Shown: in pieces, positions 24,618 through 36,630 of the stretch
Position numbering within the stretch: position 1 is the stretch's first letter
Layout: every line of letters starts with the position of its first letter
NCBI GenBank assembly: GCA_010015805.1
Contig: ML978122.1
Coordinates: 840,453-904,452, forward strand
Direction of reading: 5' to 3'
DNA: 64,000 nucleotides
Source of the DNA: Rhizodiscina lignyota
Taxonomy: Eukaryota
Notes under the pieces: model-generated
The model's database searches: none
Told to the model about the DNA's origin: nothing
Seen by the model: only the letters and a program-made list of their open reading frames with translations
Made by a program: the position numbers and the translations under genes

Positions 24618-26082
24618 TCAGCTGAATGTGTTGACCCCATCCTTGAACTTATCAAATATCTCAAGAGGGAAATTGTCCCCAAGCAGTTTGTACCCAGCAA
24701 CATTTGGATGAAGGCAATCTCCAGAGTTGAGCTTTGGATTGTTCTCAGTGTGATTCGCCGGGTTGCGAATCCACGCGTCGAAATCGATAACCGCATCAAA
24801 GATTCCGCTCTCACGGATGAACTTGTTCACCTTCTGCCTCGCCATCTCTCTCGTTGGATCGGAGTAAGGCTGGATCGTTGTGTTCGGGCATCCGAACGGC
24901 GTGATCGTCGCCGCGAACATGGGAATGCCGAAAGTGTGTACGCGAGTCACAATCTGCTTGTATGCGGCAATGACGCGATCGGCTACGGCGTTCTGTGCTT
25001 CGACCGTCGTTGCTGCGGTGCCGATGTCGTTGACACCTTCGAATATCATGGCGTACTTGACGCCGGATTGCGCGATGACGTCTCGCTCGATGCGGCTGAG
25101 AGCGTTTGGACCGTTTCCGTCGTAAAGAATGCGGTTGCCACCAGCGGCCTGGTTGAGCATGGAAATATCCTTGGTTGATGGGTTCGCTAGCATGCGCTCG
25201 GCGACAATGTCGGTCCATCGGTTGTTGCCGTTGTTGTCGCTGGAGCGGCCGTCTGTGATACTGTCTCCCACGACGGCAAATGCGGAGGTCGGAGGAGGTG
25301 CCCAGACTTCTACGGCGCTTATGTAGTACCTTTTCTCAGGTGTTAGCAGAATTCCTCCTCCTTTGGTGAGTTGGCACTTACCAATGGAAGATCTCCTGAG
25401 TAGTCACATTTGTCACAGTGATGTTGCGATCGGCCACGTGATTGCCGAACGTCAGCCATGAGGAAACTCTACTTCCAGGGTGCGACGAAATGTTGAACAG
25501 TGCCTGGCCATCGGCAAGATATATGCTGAGCGATATCGTGGATAGGTCCTTGACTGGGAAGTGAATGGGATCAGATACGATGAGCGATTGATCTGGGATG
25601 GTGAAGTTCCTGCTGCCGCTGAAGGTGACATATTGCACGGAGCTGGGTTCGATTTCGGGGATGCCGATAGATTGATTCACAGCAGGGATGGGATGAGCAA
25701 TTGTCATGGCAGTGATGGGGAGATCTGTTGCTCCGAATGCATTCGAGAGACGGATACGAAGAATGTCGCCGCCGACGGACAGTCGAACAGTCTGCCGTAT
25801 CGTAGTGTCATTGAAGACGCCAAATGTGCCATTCTAGATTTAGAAAGTCAATGTCTGAAGCTTGAAGGTGTATGAATATCTTACAAATGGAGGCAGTGGG
25901 AGGTTCGCAGCCTCAGTTAACTGTGGCATTGTCGTCCATGTGTCTACCCAGTGATTCCCGCTCAGCCTTGACTGAACTCCAATAATGCTCCTGACCCATG
26001 ATGGAAGCGCGAAAGCATGTGTTGATGGGACAAGAGCAGTGACAGCTACCATCAGGCAGCCCAAATTAGAGGAAAACATCAT
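24618..26082 (-). CDS. Secreted SGNH/GDSL hydrolase
   Basis: Signal-peptide-like N terminus; WVDTWTTMPQLTE; SGNH blocks VVGDSITDG, NQAAGGN, FEGVNDI and DCLHP; two introns. Confidence 0.92.
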
Positions 26083-27837
26083 GTACAGTGGGAAATGTAC
26101 ACCTGCCTGACAGCGCCAGATTCAATTGACCCAGGGAAATCGCCGTATATATTCATCAGCCCTATTCATCCACCCCATCGCGGACCTGCGGATCGTATGA
26201 TGAGGATTCTTCCCTCCACATGGCAGAATTACCCCTCAGGTACACAGGCTGGGGCCTTGCAGGAGGCAAGGCGTTGATCCACCAGATTTTGCTATTCAAA
26301 TCCAAGGAGACGGAGGCATGACCGGCGGGTAAATTGCAACAACACCGGCAAAGGTGGGGAGCAGCCACGAAGTCAGCCACAGGACGCAACACTTTGGGGA
26401 GATTTCATGTTGCGTGTAATTGCAGTCGGCGAGGCACGAGTCGTATTCCCGGGGAAAGACGTGGTTCCTCGTGGTGATCGACAATGCGGAGATTCCGGCT
26501 AAATCGACGAAAAGCTTGACCGCAATGTCGACCACACTTCCGGCTGCAGTGCCTGCAGTAGGGTTGAGATTGTTGTATTGAAGGTTTGTTGGACTTCTCC
26601 TCGCGGCAATGGCCGTTTGTTGCTGAAGCTGTGGGAGCCGCAACGGAATAAAGTCGAGGTTGATTCGCTCCCCTTAAAAACCTGGCTGTAAGCCCGCTTA
26701 TTGTGGGCCTCAATAATGACAAAAATCCGGAGGCGTCTGGTTCATCATGAAGTCTGATCGCAGTGTCCTTTGGGGTTAAATGGTGGTTAGAGCCAAGTAA
26801 AATTAATTAAGTCCATTTAAAAGATGTAATCAGCTCCAATCCGTCGATGGTGGCATTAGATCTGAAATGAATGCTAAAAATAGAAAAAGAAGGAAAAAAG
26901 AGTGAAGAAGGTTAAGAGAATAGAATAGAATGACATTCTCGAGGCCTCGTCTGAGCACGTATCGGCGCCCACGCACAAAACTTCAACACCAACCCCAAAA
27001 AATGAAAGCAAAAAAACATACAACAGGACGGATTCCCACACGGTCACCCATTGTAGTACTAACGTCCCTCTTTGTGGCTTGAGGAAGGTCGATCGGACGA
27101 GAGGCCCTATTTTCCACAAGATATGGTCGTATGTGCCAGAAGATGTTCTAACATCGAATAAATACGGAGGATTAACAGCAATCGGCAGATCCGCACAACG
27201 ACAGTAACGACAGCCCTGAGATACTCAAATTAGAACAAAAAGAGCATAGAGAGCATCGTTTTCGCACAACGGTGATAATGAGACTTGGAATTCGAAGGAT
27301 CGCTTTGAAGGATCCTATTGAGGTATCTGACCTCTCCTCTCTAACGATATCTAACGCGATTGTAATCCCTCAAGAATCGCAACGTATTAGTGAGAGTACA
27401 GTTGCTTCCCTTCAGGAATCAGGGCATTGTTTTTTCCCTCTGGCATTGTTATTCGAGATGTGGAGGAGCTTATTTCCGGTGAGCAAATACTCTATGAGCC
27501 ACTTTATTATGGGCTGTCTTCAGTATTTACATGAAGCTTCTGCGTACTGGCGAGTTTATGTTCGAGATTGCTGGGGGCCAGCTTGCCGAACATGACTTAG
27601 ATTTGCTTCTCGTTGTCGCGACCTTAATTCAACGCGTCGTCGGACATGGTGTAGGAGGCTAGAGTAGTAGTTGGACGTGTTTCACAGTGAGAGAAGACAA
27701 AAGTGTTACGGAGTACCAACACCGTTTTATTCCAGTTAGCCTACGACTAGGCGTTTCGCCTACACAAATGTGCACAAGAGTGCCGATGAGGGGCTCCATC
27801 CGTAAGAGCCAATATCATCTACCAATGCTGCGGCACC

Positions 27838-29550
27838 TCAATCATCAGGTGTGAATGTCTCGAGTGAGCAATGAGTCGCGCACTCGCATATGGGCGGAAT
27901 GTCCACACTCATAAAGCCATACTCGTCCGGCTCCTCGTCCGAATCTTTATCCTCGGCGCCTTCGTCTTGCTCATACTTCTCCACAGCATTCTCATCGTTG
28001 AAACTTGCAACATCCTCGTAACCTTCCAAGCTCACACCGCCTTGCGCGCTTTCTTTGTCGCACGAACCGAAGCTTTTAGCACGTCTCTCCTTCCTCTCCT
28101 CACACTCTTCCCTCTTCCTCAGCCTCGCCGAGAACTTGTCCATCTGGCTGTGTTTGACACAGCCTCCTAGGTGGATCCTCTCTCTTCCCAAATAGCCAAA
28201 GTACTGCTCGACATATAGCAGAATCCAGTCTACTATCTTCTTGTGGCAGCCCATGTCCTCATCCCACAGTCTGCTAACAACACCCTTCGAATTGACCAGG
28301 TGAGACGGCGGAGAGATATGGATCGCCACCCACTCGAACGGTATTCTCTGTCTAAGAACCCACCTGGCAACAGGGGAAGCATCGTAATAGACCTCGAAGG
28401 ATAGGTTTGCGCCGAAGAAGCGAAGGAAGTCCAGATGTGTGAAGGAGAGGTGAATGCGTCGCACCCTACTAAAGTACGTCTGAGCTAGGAAGCCGTAAGT
28501 GTTCGCCGCCTGCCAGTGGCGCAGGATGAAGTTGCTGTAGCCTTCCACCTTGCGGAATGAGAATTCTGCTTCCCTGTAAACGACGAGAGTGGCTTCTTTG
28601 TTGACAGCCCTGTTAGCGCGCAGTAAGTTCAAATTCGGAGCGAATGTGCTAGGAACGTGATCGTCTTTCGTTGGGTACCGATGGTAGCGGTAGGGGTAGA
28701 CGACTCGAGGTCTACATCCAGTCATTGGCAGTAACGCGTGCAGGTAGATGATCTCGCGGATCTCCAAAGGGAGATCGAAGAGACGAAACTTGAGGCCGTT
28801 GTCGTGCCAGAAATGGTATTGCGCTTTGTACTCCGGATCTGCAATGTCAAAGGGCACGATGGAGACAAGGTATGACTCCAAGGACTCCCATTTGCCGTGA
28901 AATTTGACAACGATATGCGTTTCCTCGACTCTTTGGATGACCTGAACTGGAACAAGATGTGGGGTGTCATTGTCCACCAGGAAGTTAAAGAATTTGATCT
29001 CAGAGAGCCCATTCTGATAGACGCTCTTGGAAGTTGATGCCGGCCAGAAGATGACGTGAAGGCGGTAGACTTCGAAGTTCACAAGGCGCAGCCGGCCAAT
29101 CTCAGCGTGGATGATTTGTTCGATGGACTCGTCGAAGGGGTTGCGAAGTGGTAGACTGTTATTGCTCGACTTCCATCGTCCCACGGGTTCTGGGAGCTGG
29201 GTTTTCCAGCGGAGGTTGAATTGTTGGGCAAAGGTGCCAACTTGATAACCTTCAGATTCAGAGCTCGGAGTCTGAGAGGCTTCATGTGAGAGTAGCGTGT
29301 TTGCTAGTGCGACTTCTTCGCGTAGTGAGAGAAACATGCCTGAGTTATCGTCCAATTGCCATTGAAGGTTGAGGCGAGGGGAAGCCTCGAGTTGAACGCC
29401 GCTGCCGTCAGAGTCAGTTAGAACACCGGTAGTTTCTACCTTCTTCTTCACTCTACGCCCCCGATGTTTTCGTCGCCGCGACTTCTTAGTGCCGTTGTCC
29501 CTTGGATCCTTTGGATCCTTTGGACTTTGACTGCGTAGAGGAAGACTCAT
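27838..29550 (-). CDS. Hypothetical protein with an F-box-like motif
   Basis: Long uninterrupted ORF containing FRLFDLPLEIREIIYLHAL and LNLLRANRAVNKEATLVVY, plus a basic NLS-like KKSRRRKHRGRRVKKK. Start placed at MSLPLRS (29550), although the frame is open to 30159. Confidence 0.7.
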   Translation of the reverse strand: MSLPLRSQSPKDPKDPRDNGTKKSRRRKHRGRRVKKKVETTGVLTDSDGSGVQLEASPRLNLQWQLDDNSGMFLSLREEVALANTLLSHEASQTPSSESEGYQVGTFAQQFNLRWKTQLPEPVGRWKSSNNSLPLRNPFDESIEQIIHAEIGRLRLVNFEVYRLHVIFWPASTSKSVYQNGLSEIKFFNFLVDNDTPHLVPVQVIQRVEETHIVVKFHGKWESLESYLVSIVPFDIADPEYKAQYHFWHDNGLKFRLFDLPLEIREIIYLHALLPMTGCRPRVVYPYRYHRYPTKDDHVPSTFAPNLNLLRANRAVNKEATLVVYREAEFSFRKVEGYSNFILRHWQAANTYGFLAQTYFSRVRRIHLSFTHLDFLRFFGANLSFEVYYDASPVARWVLRQRIPFEWVAIHISPPSHLVNSKGVVSRLWDEDMGCHKKIVDWILLYVEQYFGYLGRERIHLGGCVKHSQMDKFSARLRKREECEERKERRAKSFGSCDKESAQGGVSLEGYEDVASFNDENAVEKYEQDEGAEDKDSDEEPDEYGFMSVDIPPICECATHCSLETFTPDD

Positions 29551-30272
29551 GTTGACGTCAAGAAAAGCAACAGGTCGATTTGCGTCTCTACTGAGTGTGA
29601 CAAGAGCGAAGAGGTCGACAGGAATGGTACGAGCGATGGGGAGATGCCAGTCGATCGATCCGCCTTTTGATTGAGTGATGCCGCAAGTAGTAGGCCTTCG
29701 TGCATCAAAATTCGCGTAACTCGAAGTTCTGTGTGAGTCAGTTGTTTTTGTTGTTGCTTGAAACTTTAACGCGTGAAGTAAATTGAACATACGTTTGCTC
29801 AGCAACTGTGATGGGAAGTGAATACGGAGCAACTTGGATGACAGCTTGCTAGGGACTGACTGCTCTGCGGATTTGGGAAGCGATCTCCCGAGCTTCAGCG
29901 GAAGAGGCCGAGTAGAACGGAGAAATCGAGCTTGATTGAGGGAGCGGAGTATTTTTGATGCAGGACCTAGGTTTGGCACAAGAGAAAGCCAAACCCAAAT
30001 GAAGAGCAGCAGTTGATGAAAGCCAGTCGAAGGAGTGTGCAAAGAAGATGGTGAGAGAACTGCTCTTGGCTGAGGTATAGTTGAGGCCTGAGCCGTTGTC
30101 GATTTTAGCGCGTTATCAGATACGGACTTTTGAAACGCGCGCGCAAGCGCGAATATCATGTGAGTCAGGCCTACCTTTCAGATGCGGGGAACGGCTACGA
30201 ATTCCCAGGAAATGAGTTTTTGATTGAAGGCCTGTTTGACGCTACACAGGTTGTAAATTACGCTATACGGAT

Positions 30273-31721
30273 TCAGCCTGTTCCTTGGTTGTTGGCAGAA
30301 TTTATGAAGTTTCTTTGTTGTGCGCTTCTTAACGCGAACTTGTGGCCTTTGCTCTTGATATGCTGATTCCAATCGCTCTCGGTCACAAGAACAGTGTTAC
30401 AGGGTTCGCAAACCCTTCTTTCCCAGAGATCTCTTCGTTGACTCATGTCATACTCTCTTTTAGGTTCCAGCAGCAGTGCAGACACATCCGAAAGAGTGGC
30501 TGGGTCAAGCATCGCCTCGCCAGCCAGGAATACCTGGGCTAGCTCGAGTGCCTGAACCTCGACGTCTTGATGCCAAGAACCGAGGTCGCTTCCGTCTAGG
30601 ACGAACATGCTGTCTCCGGCGCCTTGACTACGGAGTGCATGTATGAGTTTGATTCGTATCCAGCGCACCTGACGTTTCGCATACTGTCTTGTTGCTGCTT
30701 TCGTTCGCTCAATGGCCGCCTCCTTGAGCTCCTCGAGCCTTTTGTCAGACTTGCTTCCAGACTCTACTGCAGACTGATATTCTTCAAACTCTTTATAGCC
30801 GATGGACACCCAGATTCCACGACTTCGATCAACTTGTTGACCATTGTTATTTTGCTGTTGAAGGAAGGTATGGAGCGACTTCACCTCATCGAGCAAACCA
30901 TTACGAACCATAACATCAACCCGAGCATCCAGACGCGTACGTAGAGTGTCTGGATCACAATGAACCCAGAGCAAGAGCGTTGGACATCTAAGACCATCAA
31001 TATTGGTTGTCGATTCGTCGCCCTCGCCCGGGGCCTGGCCATTTCTAATTTGTTGTTGCTCTTCGTAAGTCTGAGAGGCGGTCTTGCCAGTTTTTAGCCA
31101 GATCTCTAAAGACCTCTGAATTTTTCGCCTATCCTTTGGATGCCAGCGGTCAGCCATGACAGGGTCCACCTCTTTGAGCTTTTCAAGGATGACTTCGGTC
31201 GACTCTTGCATGATTGGCCATTTCTGGTCTCTCTCCTCAGAATTGAGAAAGTCTGCATCCTTATCATCATCATCTGCTAAGCTCTCTCTGAATAAGAGAC
31301 TCTGGGTGTAGTAATGAGTCCCTCCGACGAGGATCGGAAGGCGGCCCCTCGAGCGGATCTCGTCGATAATGCCAAGTGCTTTGTTCACAAATCTACCGAC
31401 AGTCCAGGTTGGTTCTTCAAGACCGATGCAGCCTAAGAGATGATGCGGAACCCCTTTACACTCTTCAGTGGTGACCTTGTTCGTAATGACGGGTAACCCT
31501 TCATATAGTTGCATGGCGTCACCATTGATGATCTCGCCATTGAAGCGAAGTGCAAGTTCCACTGCCAACTGCATGCAAATTAATTCCATATCTTCCTTTG
31601 ACTGACTACGGTAACATACTTGTGACTTGCCAGTTCCTGTGGCGCCGACGATCGCGACCAGAGGTTGCAGTGGTTTTCTCGCCGACATGGCCTTCATAGA
31701 ACCTCGGAATATCGTTGACAT
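30273..31721 (-). CDS. MOD5: tRNA dimethylallyltransferase (isopentenyltransferase)
   Basis: P-loop GATGTGKS, GEIINGDAMQLYEGLPVITNK, LVGGTHYY, SIGYKEF, TRQYAKRQVRWI; C-terminal zinc finger C..C...H..SKGH; one in-frame intron at about 31620-31570. Confidence 0.96.
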   Translation of the reverse strand: MSTIFRGSMKAMSARKPLQPLVAIVGATGTGKSQVCYRSQSKEDMELICMQLAVELALRFNGEIINGDAMQLYEGLPVITNKVTTEECKGVPHHLLGCIGLEEPTWTVGRFVNKALGIIDEIRSRGRLPILVGGTHYYTQSLLFRESLADDDDKDADFLNSEERDQKWPIMQESTEVILEKLKEVDPVMADRWHPKDRRKIQRSLEIWLKTGKTASQTYEEQQQIRNGQAPGEGDESTTNIDGLRCPTLLLWVHCDPDTLRTRLDARVDVMVRNGLLDEVKSLHTFLQQQNNNGQQVDRSRGIWVSIGYKEFEEYQSAVESGSKSDKRLEELKEAAIERTKAATRQYAKRQVRWIRIKLIHALRSQGAGDSMFVLDGSDLGSWHQDVEVQALELAQVFLAGEAMLDPATLSDVSALLLEPKREYDMSQRRDLWERRVCEPCNTVLVTESDWNQHIKSKGHKFALRSAQQRNFINSANNQGTG

Positions 31722-31785
31722 CCATAGAGACGTAGGTTGTGAGATTTATGCAAGCTAATCCGATATTGACCGATGGGAAGCGCGA

Positions 31786-31799
31786 ACGCGTCGACGCGT
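31786..31799. promoter_or_regulatory. Palindromic double MCB-like element in the MOD5/CAF16 divergent promoter
   Basis: ACGCGTCGACGCGT, a perfect 14-bp palindrome containing two ACGCGT, preceded by CGCGAA, in a 210-bp divergent intergenic gap. Confidence 0.5.
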
Positions 31800-31931
31800 G
31801 TGACATGAGACGACGTGAAGGCGGTGAACACTGGCAGAATTCTGCCCAGCTTTTCAAGTCTTGGACCGCCCCCCGGCCATGCGAGATTGGACTCATCGGC
31901 TCTCACTCCCTCAACTGAGCGGGAAGCAATC

Positions 31932-32895
31932 ATGACACGCCCAGATACGGAGATAGAGCCTACAATTACAGTCAACGACCTCAGCTACAAGTTTCCAGAC
32001 GGTAGCAATGGCTTGCGGGACGTATTTTTAGACCTTCCTGCTGGCAGCCGTACACTTCTCATTGGCGGTATGATCACTTGTGCCACATCGTCCTGGATAT
32101 AATCCAACATCTCTATGACTGCTCTGTTGAGTTTCGAGAACATAATTGACTAATAATATCTACCATACAGCGAATGGAGCAGGGAAAACAACCCTTCTGC
32201 GCCTCCTCTCTGGCACACGGCTGGCACCCTCGCGATCAATTGCCATTGCCGGCCTTGATCCGTTCAAAGAGGGCCTTGAAGGTGTAACGTACCTTGGTGT
32301 CGAATGGGTCCTCAATCCGATTGTCCGAACCGACATCGATGTGCCTACTCTTCTCTCTTCTGTTGGTGGCGACGTGTTTACTGAGCGAAGAGACCAACTC
32401 GTCCGGATATTAGACATTGACCTCAGGTGGCGCATGCACGCTGTGTCAGATGGGGAAAGGAGACGAGTACAGCTTGCCATGGGCTTGGTGCGCCCTTGGC
32501 GAGTCCTGCTGTTGGATGAGGTGACAGTAGATCTTGATCTGCTCTCTCGTTCAAACTTCCTGCAATTCTTGAAGCGAGAGACTGAAACTCGGAATGCCAC
32601 GATTGTGTATGCAACGCATATACTCGACAATCTTTCTGATTGGCCGAGCCATTTGGTACACATGAGCCTGGGCAAGGTGAAGAAGTGGGGTCCCGCTGAG
32701 GATCTCTACGCCAGCAATAGTGGCAGCGCCGTGAAGGCTCAAGGAGGTAACCGACTTGGGGAGTTGGTATTGAGGTGGCTACAAGGGGACCTGGATGAAC
32801 GAGGCCCAAGAAATGGCGGAAGAGGTGGCCAGGGAAAGACATATCAGAGCTACGAGGGCCTTGGTGGCTACGGGCTGGAGAAGAGTACAGCATGA
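31932..32895 (+). CDS. CAF16: CCR4-associated factor 16, non-transporter ABC ATPase
   Basis: [51 protein letters not shown]; intron 32068-32170. Confidence 0.93.
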
Positions 32896-34681
32896 CAGGG
32901 TATTCCACAATATGGAACACCCCCATACGATCCGTGAGGAACTTCAACATTGGGCGGCGTTCAACATTCGGCCGTCCCTCATTGCATTTAGCGATGGTTT
33001 TCAACAAGATACCCCTCAGCGTTGTTTCAACATGTTTCGAATACAGGTTAACTGAAGAGATAGATAACTTTATTGTTGTCCCGTGCGAAAGCAATTGAAG
33101 CAGTACACCCATCAAAAGCTGTGGACCTACGAATGTATCGGAACACCCGCTTGAGTTGGCTTGCAGTGAATTCAACTTACTGTTCAGGGAACGAACCACA
33201 ACAGAACTATTGTCATTTTGATTAAATTTGTGTCGTTGCTCTCGTACACTTCCAATGTTGTTCAATTACGAGTGCTCCACTTTGTCCAACCACACTTCTA
33301 ATGACAATATTGAATACGTGGCATTTAGAATAGCGGTCTCTACGCTTATTACGATCGTTATGACAGTGCTCAATTAGTTTTATCATTATATCCCCAGATA
33401 CTAGATCGTACCCTGTGTCTTGCGATGGGATGCTTAGCGTCGTGGTTTGAAATGTCTTGGTTTACAATATAAAGCGATTAACACGCTGTGAGCGGCTAAG
33501 TTTAATTTTGATATGGAATATCAGAATCACTGACTCTTTTTTTCAGTTCGTGTTCATGTTCATGATCGAAAATTTAGGAGTGAAACATTTTTGATGCTGT
33601 GGTACGAGAGACCATATATTTGACCCTAGAAGAGAACAACCAGTAAATCCAAGCCGAAGACAAATAGCAAATTAAAATGCATAATATGAAAGTTCAAGAC
33701 CACAACCATCTATCGTGATGTCGTAAGCAAGGAAATATCAGTGTGAGAGATTGAGGACCGCAAAGTCCACGACAGGAGAATGCCGCTTCTCCTGTTTCCA
33801 TTTCAGGCAAGGCGGCTTTTCTGTCCCCCCTTTGCCCGACTTCCAACGTCAGTCTCTTCAACCGCTCTGCAAAACTTCCTCTACCCCTCCTCGCTCTTTC
33901 GCTCTCAATTCTGCACACCCAGTGATCTTGGTCGGTAGCAGAATGCATTTATACCCGCAATCTTTGAGCTCTATTTCTACGCCAGCTTCGTGGAGAGGAG
34001 TAGGGGTGACGTTGGAGCAAGCCATGAGACCTTACCGCTTAAGCTAACCAAATCGGACATTATTTCTCGATACGAGTCATCAATACGACTAATGTGGAAA
34101 TGAGCTGCCGCTAGGCCCCTGAGCTTAACTCACGCTTAACTACGATAAGGCCTGTATCGTCTTTCTAAAAATTCCTGTGACACGATTTCCATGCACATAT
34201 CCAACCTTTTCGTATTTCGGAGATGATCCGCGCATGCTACAACTCTTTGTTAAGTCATTCAAAAGTCCCCTAGAACAATTTTTGAGATACGATATCCCCA
34301 GAGACTCATCTCGCTTCGTTGTGACGTGCTCGTGTTCTGTTTATGGCGTCAATCTAACTCGTCTAGTTTTGCTCACCGGTCTGGAACCGCCGTTCGAGAA
34401 AGCCACTATCGTGACTTGGCATCTGCTTTGCGTTAACGGCTTCAGGCAACCTGCGACCTCGTTAACCTAATATAGGCTTCTAGGCGGCCGGATCTTTGCT
34501 TTAAGTGACCCTGGAACATGCTTGACTTGCGCCTGCTCCGCCGCCCGCGGGTTGGCCCTGGGAGTCAACGGCCTTAAGTATTCCATGTAGCATCTCGTCC
34601 ATTTTCTGTCTCTATCTCTCCTCGTTGCGACTCTTGTTCGCGTCCTCTCGTTTGACGGGCATTCTTTCCTATCAGAGCACT

Positions 34682-35979
34682 ATGGTTCACTCATTTACCA
34701 TGGCTCGCCTTTCCTTCCTTATTTTTGCTCTTTGCAGCACCGTTCTGTCTCTACCGCAACGTCCTTATCCAAATTCCGTCTTTGTTCCTGTCCATGATAC
34801 CAATGCGCCGCAAATTTGGCCGACATCTGACTCCAAACCAGCTCGCCTTTTGGGAAAGCTAGTGTGAGTAGAGGTAACTGCGTGAGTGTGAGTTGCATCA
34901 GCTGACCATTTTGAAGACACTCTTTCGAGAAAATCCTATCTCTCGGTGCCCATTCAGCGATCCCGACAGTTACACTTTCTCCGTTTCCCACCGATGCTCA
35001 CTCCTACGGCAAGCGCGGCACTACCAGCACTAAATCCACTTCCACCGTCAAATCGACCGCCAAATCCACGTCCACGGCGAAGACGACTGCCAAATCCACG
35101 TCCACTGCGAAGACCACGGCCAAATCCACGTCCACCGCGAAAACTACCGCGAAGACCACATCCACTGCGAAAACCACCTCGAAAACCACATCCACTGCAA
35201 AGACCACCTCAACAACAAAGTCCACTACTAGCTCCAAACCCACCACCACGAGCACTAGTTCCACAACGACTTCCAGTTCCACTACTACATCTGCCATCCC
35301 CTGCATCACGGCTACTGCCGCATTCACAAACGGCGCCGGAAATAAGAATAACAAACAGACCTACGACGGCACTGGATTAGCCGCAAACGACACCTACACC
35401 TGCTACAGCCCATCCAGCTGGAAGAATTTCCCCCCAGAGTCTGAGTGGTTGGATTTTGCTACCATGTGGAACTACAACAAGGAAAACATGTACAACGCCT
35501 GCTCAAATCTGGGTCTGAGTCCTGATGATACTCTCACCCAGCTTCAGCAGATATATGCTGCCATTCAAACAGTCTCTGAGGAGTCTCTTGTTGATCATCG
35601 TTATATTCTTGCTACTGTCGTCCAGGAATCTCTCGGCTGCGTTGTTGTCGGCACAAGCACGAGCCCCGGCGAGGGCAGCCATCCAAACCCTGGTCTCATG
35701 CAGAGCCACAATGGCACCGCATATGATCCCAACAACTCCGCTGCCAGTATCCTTCAGATGATTCGAGATGGTACGGAGGGCACGATTTACGGCGACGGTC
35801 TCGTCCAGTTGATCAACTACTATGGCAACATCTACGAGACCGCTCGCGGGTACAATTCTGGCCATGTCAATCACGGGAATCTGAGTGAGGCGTACGGTGC
35901 GACCACTAGCTATGTCAATGACATTGCCAACCGCATGACTGGCTGGCTGTATGCCGATCAGCTTAACTGTACATGGTAG
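34682..35979 (+). CDS. Secreted protein with a Ser/Thr/Lys-rich stalk and a C-terminal lysozyme-like (SLT/GH23-type) domain
   Basis: Signal peptide MARLSFLIFALCSTVLS (alternative ATG 34700); intron 34864-34916 keeps the frame; KR site; S/T/K repeats; YILATVVQESLGC, NPGLMQSHNG, ARGYNSG and YVNDIANR motifs. Confidence 0.8.
35032..35211 (+). repeat. 30-bp coding tandem repeat, about 6 copies (KSTSTAKTTA)
   Basis: Units start at 35032, 35062, 35092, 35122, 35152 and 35182. Confidence 0.9.
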
Positions 35980-36630
35980 TCCGGAAGCTCGTTGAATATA
36001 GATTTATGCTTCCAGCACTGTACCTTGCTCTGTTGATTGTGACTATATGAATGCCTGTAAAGATGGCAACGAAATCCTCGAGATGATATCCGACAGTTGG
36101 AGACGTCCAGGTAGCGTTTCGTGATAGCGAGTCTCTCCATGCTTACAGGCGATCTGCAAACCCTGTCTCGGACGTCTGCAGATTATCTTCAATACCTCAG
36201 ATTTAGTGAAGAAATGACAACGACAGAGGGTGTGCAGACGGAATTTGCAATCATGCTACCTCTGGAGAAGCTTAAGAGGATGAAGAAAGAGGAGATACGA
36301 GCAAGCAAGGGTTAAATTTCGAGAATAAAATGTGATATCATCGCGAGGAACGATACTCATTCGAATGAAAAGAGGGAAGAAACCAGTAAATCTAAATCTA
36401 ATCCGATAATTAACACGCGAACCCAAAACTCCTGCCATCTATCCCAACGCCGTAAACAATGATTCATGAAATTGTAGCCTGTAAAATCTCCAACGTTTTG
36501 ATAGAAAGCGAAAGCCCCAGGAAAACTCCATGCCATGAAATAGACAAAGAAAGAAAAAACTCTATCATGAAACCCATAACTGCCTCTACAAATTGTGGGT
36601 CGCGAATGTCCGACCGCCCCAAGAGCATGT

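Noticed and set aside
32423..33265. 280-aa minus-strand ORF overlapping CAF16
   Set aside because: It has a non-ATG start, is antisense to CAF16 and its 3' UTR, and shows no motif.
35032..35211. CRISPR-like periodic repeat
   Set aside because: The units are contiguous coding repeats with no spacers, in a eukaryotic genome.
35004..35354. Val-rich antisense ORF and Pro/Arg-rich alternative frame
   Set aside because: Both are alternative readings of the 30-bp Ser/Thr/Lys repeat.
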